Notes: generated from the sequence alone by a model not told the origin. Positions 23,602 to 34,034 are shown, numbered from the whole stretch's first letter. The stretch is 34,034 nucleotides of DNA, filler included, from Cercozoa sp. M6MM (GCA_040357565.1; 7 parts of 7 records of this genome joined end to end with filler, not necessarily neighbours in it), one strand, 5' to 3'. Program-made: numbers and translations.

Positions 23602-25063
23602 TCACACAGTGCCAGTGCCGGTCCCGGGAGCCTCGGGCAGGATGGTGCCGATGAAGAGCGGTCCCAGCACGAGTGCTGTCGTGCTCATGGTGGTGATGAT
23701 CACGTGCAGTGCCGGACCGGCCGTGTCCTTGCAGGGGTCGCCCACCGTGTCGCCTGTGACGGCGGCCTTGTGTGCCACGCTGCCCTTCTCCTGTTGCGAC
23801 TCTCTGTGCGGACACGGGGTGGGGTACGAAGGAGTGTAAGGGCTAGAAACAAAGGCACGAACATACAGCAGCTTCTTGGTGTTGTCCCAGGCACCGCCGG
23901 CATTGTCCAGGAAGATGGCCATCAGCAGACCTAGGGGTAAGGAGGGAGGGTAAAGAGGGGGTAAAGAGGGGGTAAAGGGAGGGAGGAACTACCAGTCAGC
24001 GTGGCGAACACCAAGAACGAGGCCAAGACTTGCACGCCAAGAGCCGCATTGTTCGACATGTCACTGTGCGGGGGGGGGGGGGGGAAAACCGGGGGTATAA
24101 TTTGGAGGGGTAAACAGGTTAACAGGAGGGGCGGGGTAATTGCCTACCCAGCCACGCGGAAGAAGAGACCGATGCCGACAGGAGTCGCCAACGCCAGCAC
24201 GGCCGGTCGCACCATCTCTGTTCACAAGGTAAACCGCCCATTTGTAGCCACACTTTTGTTTCACGCCCTGTACAAAACAAACCAGTCACTGTCCCCAAAT
24301 CAACTTTACCACGCAGTGCCGAACGCGTCACAATCGCGATGCACGCGCGGTAGTCCTGTGCACACACCGGGGGGGGGGGGGGTTAATACAGGGGGAAAAA
24401 CGGGGGGGGGGGGGGGTATAGCTTGCGAAACCGGTTTGGCCGTTCCCTCAGCGACTCCAGGCTACACACACAAACAGTCCATTTGTACAGTCCCATTGGA
24501 CTGTTTAATTAGACGGTCCATGTGTCAAAGGGGGGTACCAGTTCGGAGAACTGTCGGCGCACCTCCCAGACCACCTGCTGCGCCGTGCGACCGACGGCGT
24601 CGATGGCCCAGGCCACGAACACAAACACCATGGCTATTCCTGTGCGTGTGTTGACTCATTTAAGGCCGTACACCTCCGTACAAACGGACCAGTAAAAAAA
24701 CTATTAAGGGTACCGAGTAAACCGCCCACCATCATGTGCACCTGCGAGATGTCCACACGGCGCAACTCCTGCAGCAGCGACTCACTGCTCAGGGGGTTAA
24801 GAGGGGGTTAATAGGGGGGTTAACCCGGGGGGGGGGGGGGTAAACAGCAAGATACGGCGCATTGCTAGCGCGCGCCGCTTCTTCGATCTCGTCGAAAAAG
24901 GCCTCTGTTCGCGGGACGGGGGGTTAAAGGGTAAAGCGGGTAGAGGGGTAAGAGTACGGAACAGCACGAAGCAGGCGAGCGCCGAGGCACCGACGGAGAA
25001 GCCTTTGCACTGCGCCTTGGTCGTGTTGCCCACCGCGTCCAGTCGGTCCGTGATCACACGTGC
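23602..25063 (-). CDS. Membrane H+-translocating pyrophosphatase, K+-independent (type II/AVP2-like), C-terminal part (5'-partial)
   Basis: ITDRLDAVGNTTKAQCKGF; AVGRTAQQVVWEVRRQF; KPDYRACIAIVTRSALREM; FLDNAGGAWDNTKK; HKAAVTGDTVGDPCKDTAGPALHV; TGA stop. About 10 exons. Confidence 0.95.
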
Positions 25064-25083
25064 CTGTTGGGGGGGGGCGGGGG

Positions 25084-25183
25084 NNNNNNNNNNNNNNNNN
25101 NNNNNNNNNNNNNNNNNNNNNNNNNNNTTAATTAATTAANNNNNNNNNNNNNNNNNNNNNNNNNNNNNNNNNNNNNNNNNNNN
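25084..25183. other. Artificial contig spacer
   Basis: 44N + TTAATTAATTAA + 44N. Confidence 0.98.
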
Positions 25184-25230
<47 letters not shown>

Positions 25231-25328
25231 CTATCTATCAAGCTATCGAGCTATCTGTCTCTATCTATCAAGCTATCGAGCTATCTGTCTGTCTATCGAC
25301 GTATTTCCCGACCTCCCCGTGCACGCAG

Positions 25329-25859
25329 GACGAGACGCAAGACCCAGGCAGCAGTCACTTCAACCGCGTGGTGCGCGACAGTTCCGTAAGTCTGCTGTCG
25401 GTGGACCCGGCATCGTCCAACGCACTCCTCGTGCTCAATCACGGCGCGCACGTGATAGCGCTGCTGCGACCGACTGCCAGTGTTGATGGTGCCTACCAGG
25501 TGATCTACCGACACACGGGCGAGTCGGCAGAGGCGACGCTCGGCAACACCTTTGCGCTGGACGATATCGCTGAAAGTGACGTTGTGCTGGTGGCACCCAC
25601 GCTGCCCGACAATGCTGTGCTGGAGCAGCGTGTCAGTGCGCAACTCCTGGGCCGCACCAAGTCGCAGCTGCGCTCCTGGCAGGCCATGCAGTACCTTGCC
25701 TCTATGCCCTTCCACCTGCCTGTCTCCCCGACCTATCCATGTTCGTGTCTGTGATCTAATTGTCTATGACTGTGCAGTGACGCTGCTGCTGACTTGGTCA
25801 ACTCCCTTGGCATCGAGCAAGTTAGCGCTGCCATCGTTGTTCCGCGCCGACCGCTCTGA
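25329..25859 (+). CDS. 3' part of hypothetical protein (5'-partial)
   Basis: Acceptor GCAG, then DETQDPGSSHFNRVVRDSS...LRSWQAMH|DAAADLVNSLGIEQVSAAIVVPRRPL-TGA. Confidence 0.55.
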
Positions 25860-26122
25860 TCCCGGTGTCCCGACTGCTGTTTCGTTTCAAATTTATCGGC
25901 GGGGGCTTTACCTTGGATAGAACGGACGAAACCTAGACTACTGTACGCTCGGTTAATTGAAATTCAACTTTTCGTTTGTTTCGGCTGTACCTTTTAACCG
26001 CGTTGAAAGAAAGTACACCAAAGTGCGTGGAGACTATCCGATTGTATCCTATTAACTGCCGTGCCGAGTCCGGCACGTCAGACTTGACTGGCGTGATTGG
26101 TCGTATCAGTTAGTCGTTGCAA

Positions 26123-29100
26123 CTACTCAGGTTGTGGATTCGATTCAGTTGGCGTCGGCGCTAATGATTGCACCGGCGAGGATTCGGCAGGCAGCTCGGT
26201 GTGATGCAGGCGAGCATCCCAGTGCGTAGGAACATGCCAGGAGGAAGGGCGACCTCCGACGACTTGCCAATCGGAATCTTGGCAGCAATCACTCACAAAG
26301 TCGGCGGTTTTGCGAAGCTGCGCAGAGATGCGATTTTCTGAGAAAGAGGAGCAAAACTGGAGGAACTCAACCGGAGAAACGCACCTCAAAAAAGTCGGCG
26401 CGAAGTCGCTCGCGCGGTTGCTTTTGCAGGCCTTCAAAGCGCGGATGCAGCTGCTGCAGCAATTCATACAGCACACGCACACGTCCACACAGTTCGAACG
26501 GCGTGGTTCGGCCGTTCTTCAGTAGACCGGCTACATTTAATCAAGCGAGGATAACAATTGAACCCATGTTTAAAGGCATAAAGCGCTAAAGAGAGTATAC
26601 CCCACAGATAGATACACTGCTTGGCACGCACACGGTGCAGCCTCAGCTCATGCAACCGAGCGATCGACATTTCGCCGTTCTCATGAATGCTCCGTTGCAG
26701 CTGCTCAAAGACGCGACTTGTGTAGTCGGCGAGACCTTCCACAACCTCGCTACAGCAGCACAAGTCAGTTAAAGTCAGTCCAAGAAGTTAAAATCCTGAA
26801 AAAGACGAGGGTGGGGGTACCTGTCATACTGACCGTCGAACTGGTGTGGCACGAAAGCGTAGGCCTGATGCATCAGCTTGCTCGACAGTGCGATGCAGTC
26901 GTGTCCGCGCGGATACCAATGGTGCCACCGCGCATGCAGCAGCTCGAGCAGCTGGCCGTGCAGGCGCGCGCGCAGTCGCCAGTGCTGCGTCTGCTGAAAG
27001 CCCAGTGAACCGGCGAGATGCGCGATCTGTTGGAACTCTTGGAAGCTCAGTTGGTCGTGGGACTGCCAGTGCTCGGAGTGCTGCCGCTGCTGCTGCAGCT
27101 GTCGATGCCGAGACACGGCAGCTTGCAACAGGTCGAGTGGTTCCTGGTAGCACCACAGGCGCAGTGCCAGTTTGGCCGCACGCAGCAGCACCTGGAGCGG
27201 CACTTCGTCCTGCTGCAGCAGTCGCGGCACCAGTTGCGACAGACTGCGTCGAACCGCGTCAGCGTCCTGCTGCTTGTCCGCTGTGCAGACACACAGAGTA
27301 TTGAGGTAGCCTCTCACCCTGCAGACAGTACAGGGAACGTACCCATGGATTCGAACTGGAAGAAGTCGCTCACAACGTCAGCGGCCGGCTGCGGCAACGA
27401 CTTCAACAGTTTGTTCTGGGCCTTCAATCGTCGTCGCTTTCGCCTCCTGCGGTCACGCTGCGGCTTTTGCTGTTTCGACTCGGGCTCAGGTTCAGGTTCG
27501 AACTCAGGCTTGGGCTCAGACTCGGGCTCGGACTCGGGCTCAGACTCGGGCTCTCGTTCCAGCTTAGGCTCGGTAGACTCTTCCACCGTAGTTTTTACTG
27601 CAGGGACTGGTGGCACTGCAGGAGCAGTCTGGACTGGTGGGACAGACGGAGCCAACTGTGCCTGCTGCGGCAGGCCAAAGGCGAGCACGCGGTCGACGTG
27701 CAGCAGCATGGTGTGATTCTGCGCCAGCGCGAACAGAGCGCGCACGCGCAGGAGCTGATCATCGGGATCTCCGGGCAGCATGCCGAGCACTGAGCCGTCC
27801 TGGAGCTGCAGGTGGAAGACCAGGTGTAGCAGTCGCGCCGCGTCCAGTCGCGTGATGGCGTCGCTCTCGGTGCCGCGCAGTGCCCACGTCGTTATCACTC
27901 GGCACGTGCGCGGCTTTAGCGAGGTTTCCTGGGGTGGGGTAGGGTAGGTCGGGGTAGGAGTAGGGTATGTACGGGTAGGGTATGGGTAGGGTAGGGGAAT
28001 GGGAGTGGGTAGAGGGTAGGGGGTTGGCTACCTCTTCCTTGGCTAGTCGCAGCAGCGCGAGCACACGATCGGCATCAACCTGCGACTCTTCCGAGTGCTC
28101 CGACTCAGTGAGACGCGCGACCAGTAGCGACTCCAACGCCGCAGTCTCTTTCGTTTGAATCGCTTGTCGCCACGCGGTTTGCTCGGCCACTGCCGGGGTG
28201 TGTGAGGGTAATAAAGGGGGGTAGAGAGGGGGTAAAAGTAGAGTGCACACTCGGCAACGACAGTCTGCTCCTGTTGGAACATGCTGTTGGACCTGCGTGC
28301 ACCCAGCACAAGGTGTCGCAGGGCGTACACTGCCTTCTGCCGCAGATCGTCGTCACGCAGTTCCACTGCGTCCAGTGTGCGCTGCAGTGTCTCCAGGCAC
28401 TCCTTGTAGTACGCCTCGCCCTGTACATGTGGGGTAAAGGGGCTAAGGGTAGGGGTGGGGAGGGGGTAAGAACGCACCTCAAAGTCCACGAGCCGCGCGG
28501 CGTCGCTGTTGACGTGACAGAAGCGAACAAAGCGATGCACGGCACTGGCGGCGTCGTCGTCGCACCGCGCGTCCAGCACCAGCGTCAGCAGCAGCGGCAT
28601 CAGCGTCTGCCGCCGCTCTTGTGACAACTGGATGCTACGGGCCGCCTGCAGGGTCCGTCCAAATATGAGGTAAATGGGGTAATGGGGCAGGGGGTAAAAG
28701 GGTAGGAGGTAAAGGGGTAGGAGGTAAAGGGGTAGGAGGTAAAGGGGTAGGAGGTAAAGGGGTAGGAGGCAAAGGGCAGAGGTAACGGGGTAGGGGTAGG
28801 GGTAAAGGGGCAGGGGGTAAAACCTTGCGCAGCCAGTGCAGTTTTTCTCCAGCGACCTGCACATGTGGCACGTAGACTGTGCCGACAGCTTCCGGCAGCT
28901 CTGCCACTCCCGCAGCTTTGGCCAGCACGCGCATCACCAGCGCCACCTCTTCGTGTGACGCGCGGTTTCTCTGGGGTAAAGCGGGTAAAGGAAAGGGGTA
29001 AGGGAGACTTTGGTGGGGTAAAGAAGCTACATCGGCGTGCCGGAGATCTGGGTTGTAGTAGGAGCGAGCTGGAAACCAGCGGAACCACGTGCCCATCACT

Positions 29101-29432
29101 ACGTGTAGCCACTTGTCCGTGTGCTCGTACTTCTCGTCCGTCCACTCTCGGAGCGACTGCAAACGAGACGCACTGCTCTCCGGAATTGGCGGCGTCGCAG
29201 GTCGTCGCGCCCTGCGTTTCGACTTGTTTGTCGCACTTGACTCCACCTGCCGGACAAATCGTTCGCGCGGACGCTGCTGAATACCGTGTTCTTGCTGTTC
29301 TGGGTCATGCCGCTCGTCACTCTGCTCGCCAAACAGCGCCAGCCACGGCGCAGTGGCCGCGACTGATCGCGCCGCCATGTGTCGCGACAGAAGCCAGCGG
29401 CATCCCGACCCGACGGCCGCATGCCTCTGCAT
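26123..29432 (-). CDS. Large hypothetical alpha-helical protein, possible mitochondrial presequence; 3' end ambiguous
   Basis: MQRHAAVGSGCRWLLSRHMAARSVAA... with about 10 exons spliced in frame, Leu/Arg/Gln-rich helices and an (EPES)n linker. The final exon and stop are uncertain (TGA ~26296, TAG 26123, or TGA ~26078). Confidence 0.65.
28667..28823 (-). repeat. Intronic C-rich repeat including about 4 copies of the 15-mer CCTTTACCTCCTACC
   Basis: Intron starts AAG|GTTTTACCCCC; direct sequence. Confidence 0.85.
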
Positions 29433-29834
29433 ACTACCGATCGCACACACCTCTGTGCTGCGCAGCAAACACGCGGCCGACCGGTGCTTGAAACGAACCT
29501 TTTTATTTAAGAATGCCTCGCAATAAATAGACGGAAATATTGCATATCAAGCACTTTTATGTTAAATTCTGTAGATCATACGCTTACTGATAGAACTGCA
29601 AATTGCCTTTCCCAAACAACTAATATCTTTAGTTTTTTGAGACCGTTTGGACGGCATTTGGACAGGGATCTTGAGATCGGTGCTTTCAGCTTCTGGGGCG
29701 CTGCTAGACTTCTGGGTCGTAAGTGCGGAGTGCATAGCACAGAGTGTTTTCCTGCGTGTGTCAGGAGTGATCCAAAAACCTGAAGTCGGCTGCTGAGCAG
29801 CAACTCGAAAAACACAACAGCAAACCAGCTCCAG

Positions 29835-30253
29835 ATGGCCGAGATCAACGTGAGCAAGGTCATCAACATCTTCAACATCGTCATTGGTGTGCTCGTGTTC
29901 CTCACGGGCTTCTTCACCTTTGGCGATGATTTCCGCAACACGCTGATGGGAATCTATCTCATGGTACCACCGCCTGTGCACTTCCGTTTTCCTTTTGGAT
30001 AACGATGTACAACTCCGTGTTTGTCCAGGCTTTCGGTGTGCTGGTGACGCTCGTGGAGTTCTATATTCCGAACCGAATTCTGCTGCACTTTACGTTCGTG
30101 CGCTCGTTCATCGGTCGCGCCTTCCTGTACGTGTTCCTGGGCTGCGTGGCTCTCACGCAGCACAACGACGAGGGTGACCGCCCTGTCATGGCCATGGTGA
30201 CTGGCGTCATGGCGCTCACTGTAGCCGCCGTCTTCATCATTCTGCAGTTTGCC
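29835..30253 (+). CDS. TVP15: COPI-associated / Golgi membrane protein TVP15-like (probably 3'-partial)
   Basis: MAEINVSKVINIFNIVIGVLVFLTG...MGIYLM|AFGVLVTLVEF...HFTFVRSFIGRAFLYVFLG; four hydrophobic segments and the F.F+.S+.GR..FY+F+G signature. Confidence 0.75.
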
Positions 30254-30272
30254 GTGCGGTATCTCCCTCTTT

Positions 30273-30343
<71 letters not shown>

Positions 30344-30443
30344 NNNNNNNNNNNNNNNNNNNNNNNNNNNNNNNNNNNNNNNNNNNNTTAATTAATTAAN
30401 NNNNNNNNNNNNNNNNNNNNNNNNNNNNNNNNNNNNNNNNNNN
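30344..30443. other. Artificial contig spacer
   Basis: 44N + TTAATTAATTAA + 44N. Confidence 0.98.
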
Positions 30444-30446
30444 CAC

Positions 30447-32070
30447 GTCGAACAGGTCGGCCAGGAGCTGCACGGAGCCGTCCTTGCGAACATTGACGTT
30501 GATGTCGCGTGCCAGACGGGCTGCGTCGGCAAGCGGGAGTCCCATGAGGCGGCAATCGGCCTCCGCCTAAAATAGAGAGTTCAATCACTTCATTTACGTG
30601 TGAGCTAGTCTGACGGTACCACGTCAAGGACCTCGTTGATGCGCGCATTCTGGGCCGAGATGTTGAGCGGCACATCGATGGGGTCGCGACCGATTGCGGC
30701 ATGCAGGTTCTAGACACAGTTCAATTTCGCTGGTGACGAAGAAGCGACAAAAATACCGCTGTTGTACACGATACCTTTCTGTGAGCAACATGCTCCTGCT
30801 CAGCTCGATCGACGGCATTGAATAAGTCCACCGGAGACGACAAGTGCGACGTGCGGAGCTCGACGCCGGCGTGGTGCGCCATGCAGGTAACCCGGGCGAA
30901 CATAGCCAGACTACGTGCGAGCCGGCTCCCCGTAGCCATGCGCACGACCTGAAAAGGGCAGCAGATATCGCAAGAGCAGCTATAAAGTAGAAGCAAAGCG
31001 GTACCCGAGATGTCGTCAGCGACGCCAGAATCGTCATGAAATACAGTGTCTCCTCATGTCCTCCGCGCATCTGGCCGTGCATGCCACGCGCTGCAGCAAT
31101 AAGGAAGCGCAGCACACGCGGGTATCGACGCTGGCGCGACTCGCGTAACGACGCCAGCTGTCGCGGAATCGAAGTCGCAGCCAACTTCCAGAACAACGCC
31201 GGGTCTCCGTCTGTGCCAGCCAAGCCCTCAACTGCGTCGTACTCGCGCGTCACGACAAGCCGACGGAGTTCTGCAGTGACTGTCTCAAGCCGAAACAGGA
31301 TAGCACGCGCGGCAGGCGAAACCTGAACACGATTTTGCAGCCGAACGGTGGCAAGAATGACGTCCTTGCGGTTTGCCCTGTCTTGGTCTTGTCGGTAGTG
31401 AAAAAGGGCTCGTTGAAGCTTGTTCGCTGCAGGCAGCAGGGACGTCAATGTCGTGCGCGAGCGTAGTTCTTGCAGCTGCGCGCATGCCGACCGATGAAGT
31501 CCGAGCACGCGGTCCTTGTCGTTCGTTAGCACGTGCACGACCACAGGGTCGTGCTGCAGTCCCACCGAATATCCTCGGCTCTTCCGAACTCGGCCTTGCT
31601 CGACATGAAAATCTTGAGCGAACAGTATGTCGAGACGCGGAGCGTCTGGGTCGGTCAACGCGGCCAGACGACTGCTGAAATCTGTCGCTTCGAACTGACT
31701 CGGGTAGAACACGGGATTCATCCGAGCAGCGTCTGCGGGTAGCTGCACACCAATGTGCAGGCCTCGGTGCTTGACGAAGTCGCTGAGTCTCAGCGCCGTT
31801 AGGTGATTCGTGGACTCAGTCTGCAAAACAGTGAGATGAAAATGCTGCAGAATGAATACTAGATCTAACACTGTTTACCATGCTTTGTCGGACCTGTCGA
31901 ACTTTGGGAAATGCAGAAGTGGTTGAGGGTCCAATGTCGCACTCGCGATAGCGAAAGTGCTCTCGTGGCGACGTGGGAAAAAGACCGAAGGCGCAATTCG
32001 GACAAAACGAGGTCGTTCTCGGTGTTACAGTGTTTCGCGTACAATCATCCAGGGTTTTGTTGTCATGCAT
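30447..32070 (-). CDS. Hypothetical protein (3'-partial; start uncertain)
   Basis: A long exon TESTNHLTALRL...ASLTTSR is followed by three further in-frame GT-AG exons up to the contig edge. Confidence 0.6.
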
Positions 32071-32095
32071 GTCTGGTCTGTGTTGTTCGTGTCAG

Positions 32096-32891
32096 ATGAG
32101 TGAAGCCCAGATGAGCGACGCTCCGTCCACGCGCAAGACAATTTTCCACAAGCTGTGCGGTCCGACGGCCCAAAAAGACTTGGTGCGTCACCTGCGCAAA
32201 CTGGCCCAGGTAGCTGCTCTGTTGTCCGAGTACTGTGAATCGTTTCGAAGAAAGCTGGTGTAGGCGACCACGAAAGAAATCCAGTGGCACCCCGACACGG
32301 AGAGCGGCTTGGCGTTCAAGCTTCACCCCCCGTTGAAGACGAAGCTGGAGTGCTGCGCGGCCTACGCGTCACAGCAGAACGTGGCGTACGCCTGGAACGA
32401 GGGAACCATTGAGACCGCCACGGTCTTTATGCGGCAGGTGGAACTGCGAGGTACCTTGATCTTTATGCTGACTGCAATGAGTTGTTGTATGTGGTGCATG
32501 TGACTGCCCAGTGCCTCGGGCACGGCAGCTCATGACGTTTGTGGGCATGTGCGTGCCCATCCACGGGGAAGATGGGGAGGTGCAGTGCTATGCACATGCC
32601 AAAGGCAACCCCCCGCACTGCCTCAGCTTCCAGCACTTGGGTGGATACCCTAGTGAGACGGAGCTCCGCCGCCACGTTCCCACAGCGGCAACGAAGTGGG
32701 TGGTCACTCGGACGCTGTCGGAGGAGATGGTGAACAAGGACGCCGACACGGTGCACGTCATCAGCTTCCCTCGCGACCTGGAGCGTGCTGTGTGGGAGCA
32801 CGCTGTCGCTGCCGACAAGGAGGACGCCCTGGCCCCCGACGAGGAGGCTCTGAGTGCGGGTGAGGCGCTAAGTGCGGATGAAGATATGTAA
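32096..32891 (+). CDS. Hypothetical protein, 3 exons, acidic tail
   Basis: MSEAQMSDAPSTRK...LRKLAQ|ATTKEIQW...VELR|VPRARQLM...EALSADEDM-TAA. Confidence 0.65.
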
Positions 32892-33076
32892 TGAACTAGA
32901 CCGTCGTCGTACTTCCTGTTCTCTAATCCTACTAGAATAACTAAATCTATTGCGGAAAGTCCGCCAGTACGTACTTGTGCAAAGCCAAATGAGTGTCAAT
33001 CCACTGCAGGTCTTGATTCAGAGGTACCCTTTTTGTTAATGTTTGACCTCCTGTAGCTGGGTCGCGTCGGTCTTTA

Positions 33077-33491
33077 TCATTGTTTTTGGTCTGCTTGGAC
33101 TCCGAGCTTGTCTGGCGTGTCCTTCATCGAACGGAACTCGTCGACATCAGTTGTGGTCCACAGGGTCTCACCGTCGATCCTGCAATAATGGGAAGGGATG
33201 TAATACTTATACACAAAGGAACAAGAGTAGAGTAACAGTATAAAGAAATGTACAGACGTTGCACGAGACGAATGTCCTCGCTGTCGATGCCGCTGGTGTC
33301 GCCTTCAAACTCCTCCGTCGACGACAACTTGCGCGTGCCCTACCTCGTGTGTACAGTGTGACGCAAGGTACCTCATGTGTACTCAAACAAGACATGGTAC
33401 CTTGCGCACGCGAAGCTGTGCGACAAAGAAGCACGTCGGGTGGTACCACTTTAGAGTCGTGTCGCTGCCGTCCGGGTCGAACGGATCTAGC
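33077..33491 (-). CDS. PARP-type zinc finger, C-terminal half (3 exons); 5' connection unresolved
   Basis: LDPFDPDGSDTTLKWYHPTCFFVAQLRVRK|GTRKLSSTEEFEG...EDIRLVQRL|IDGE...-TGA resembles the ligase III/PARP zinc finger (NPFSESGGDMKEWYHIKCMFEKLERARATTKKIEDLTELEG). Confidence 0.7.
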
Positions 33492-33574
33492 CTGTGATAT
33501 GTTCCATCAAACGCAACTCACTCTTCTTCGTCAGGACATGGTGACATACACTTCGTCACGACACGCCGCAGCAC

Positions 33575-33994
33575 CTACTCCGAGAGCTCGAACATCTCGC
33601 ACAGCAGCGCCGTGCCGAGACTCTTGTACTGCGCACCGTACGCGTACAGGTACGTGGCCAGGGCCGACTCACGCACGCGCATAAGCAGCTCCTTCTCCAG
33701 CTCGCCCGACGCCACCAAGTACCTGTCGGCCAGCTGCTGCCACAGCGAGAGCGTGCGCAGCATCTCGAGACCTACAACAGGACAGGTCCATATCAGGGGG
33801 AGGGGATAGGAGTAAGTAGAAGGGTAAAGCTACACTCGGGCAGGTCGCCATCGCGCATGGCCAGAGCAGCCGTGAAGACCTGGGCGCGCGCAGAGTCGGG
33901 CGGTCCACGGAACACCTGGCTTTCGAAGCGCTCCACGTGCTTGCGGAACACCTGACTGCGGCAGCTCTGTCGCTGCAGCTAGTCGTCCAGAGAT
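33575..33994 (-). CDS. EIF3C: Translation initiation factor 3 subunit C, PCI region (5'-partial; true 3' end unresolved)
   Basis: VFRKHVERFESQVFRGPPDSARAQVFTAALAMRDGD (cf. [21 protein letters not shown]) and RVRESALATYLYAYGAQYKSLGTALLCEMFELSE (cf. [32 protein letters not shown]). In-frame TAG at 33577-33575, and possibly at 33981-33979. Confidence 0.88.
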
Positions 33995-34034
33995 CTGTCC
34001 GCGTGTGTTGAGAGAGAGAGAGAGAGAGAGAGAG

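Noticed and set aside
33518-33520. TGA as selenocysteine
   Set aside because: It is not at a Cys-aligned position, I recognise no SECIS, and it overlaps a GTGAGT donor or lies within a plausible intron.
1-34034. Transposons, viral genes, rRNA/tRNA, prokaryotic defence systems; species assignment
   Set aside because: I recognised no transposase, RT, integrase, capsid or structural-RNA motifs by eye. The taxon cannot be fixed beyond an intron-rich eukaryote with an H+-PPase (so unlikely animal or fungal).

Overview
This is eukaryotic, intron-rich, gene-dense DNA, probably from a protist. It is not one locus: seven contigs (1-5826, 5927-14096, 14197-18031, 18132-21537, 21638-25083, 25184-30343, 30444-34034) are joined by artificial 100-nt spacers (44 N + TTAATTAATTAA + 44 N), and the contigs mostly break at intronic simple repeats. 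Genes carry many short (mostly ~45-100 nt) GT-AG introns, so the supplied ORF track is largely misleading; I spliced the genes by hand. Recognisable genes: 26S proteasome ATPase Rpt2/PSMC1, a DUF1764-type protein, the C-terminal part of REV1, an MFE2/HSD17B4-type SDR dehydrogenase, ribulose-phosphate 3-epimerase, exon 1 of CSN7, the C-terminal part of a K+-independent membrane H+-pyrophosphatase, a TVP15/COPI-associated protein, the PCI region of eIF3c, and the C-terminal half of a PARP-type zinc finger, plus about a dozen hypothetical genes. The best lead is in eIF3c: two in-frame TAG codons, one followed by sequence that still aligns to the PCI helix, while no confidently modelled gene end in the window uses TAG. 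This suggests UAG reassignment or readthrough, but alternative splicing or an assembly chimera is not excluded. Other leads: an in-frame eIF3c/zf-PARP juxtaposition, a PPase lacking the ion-gate lysine, and strand-biased (GTTTACCCCC)n introns. All homology calls are from recalled motifs; no searches were run.
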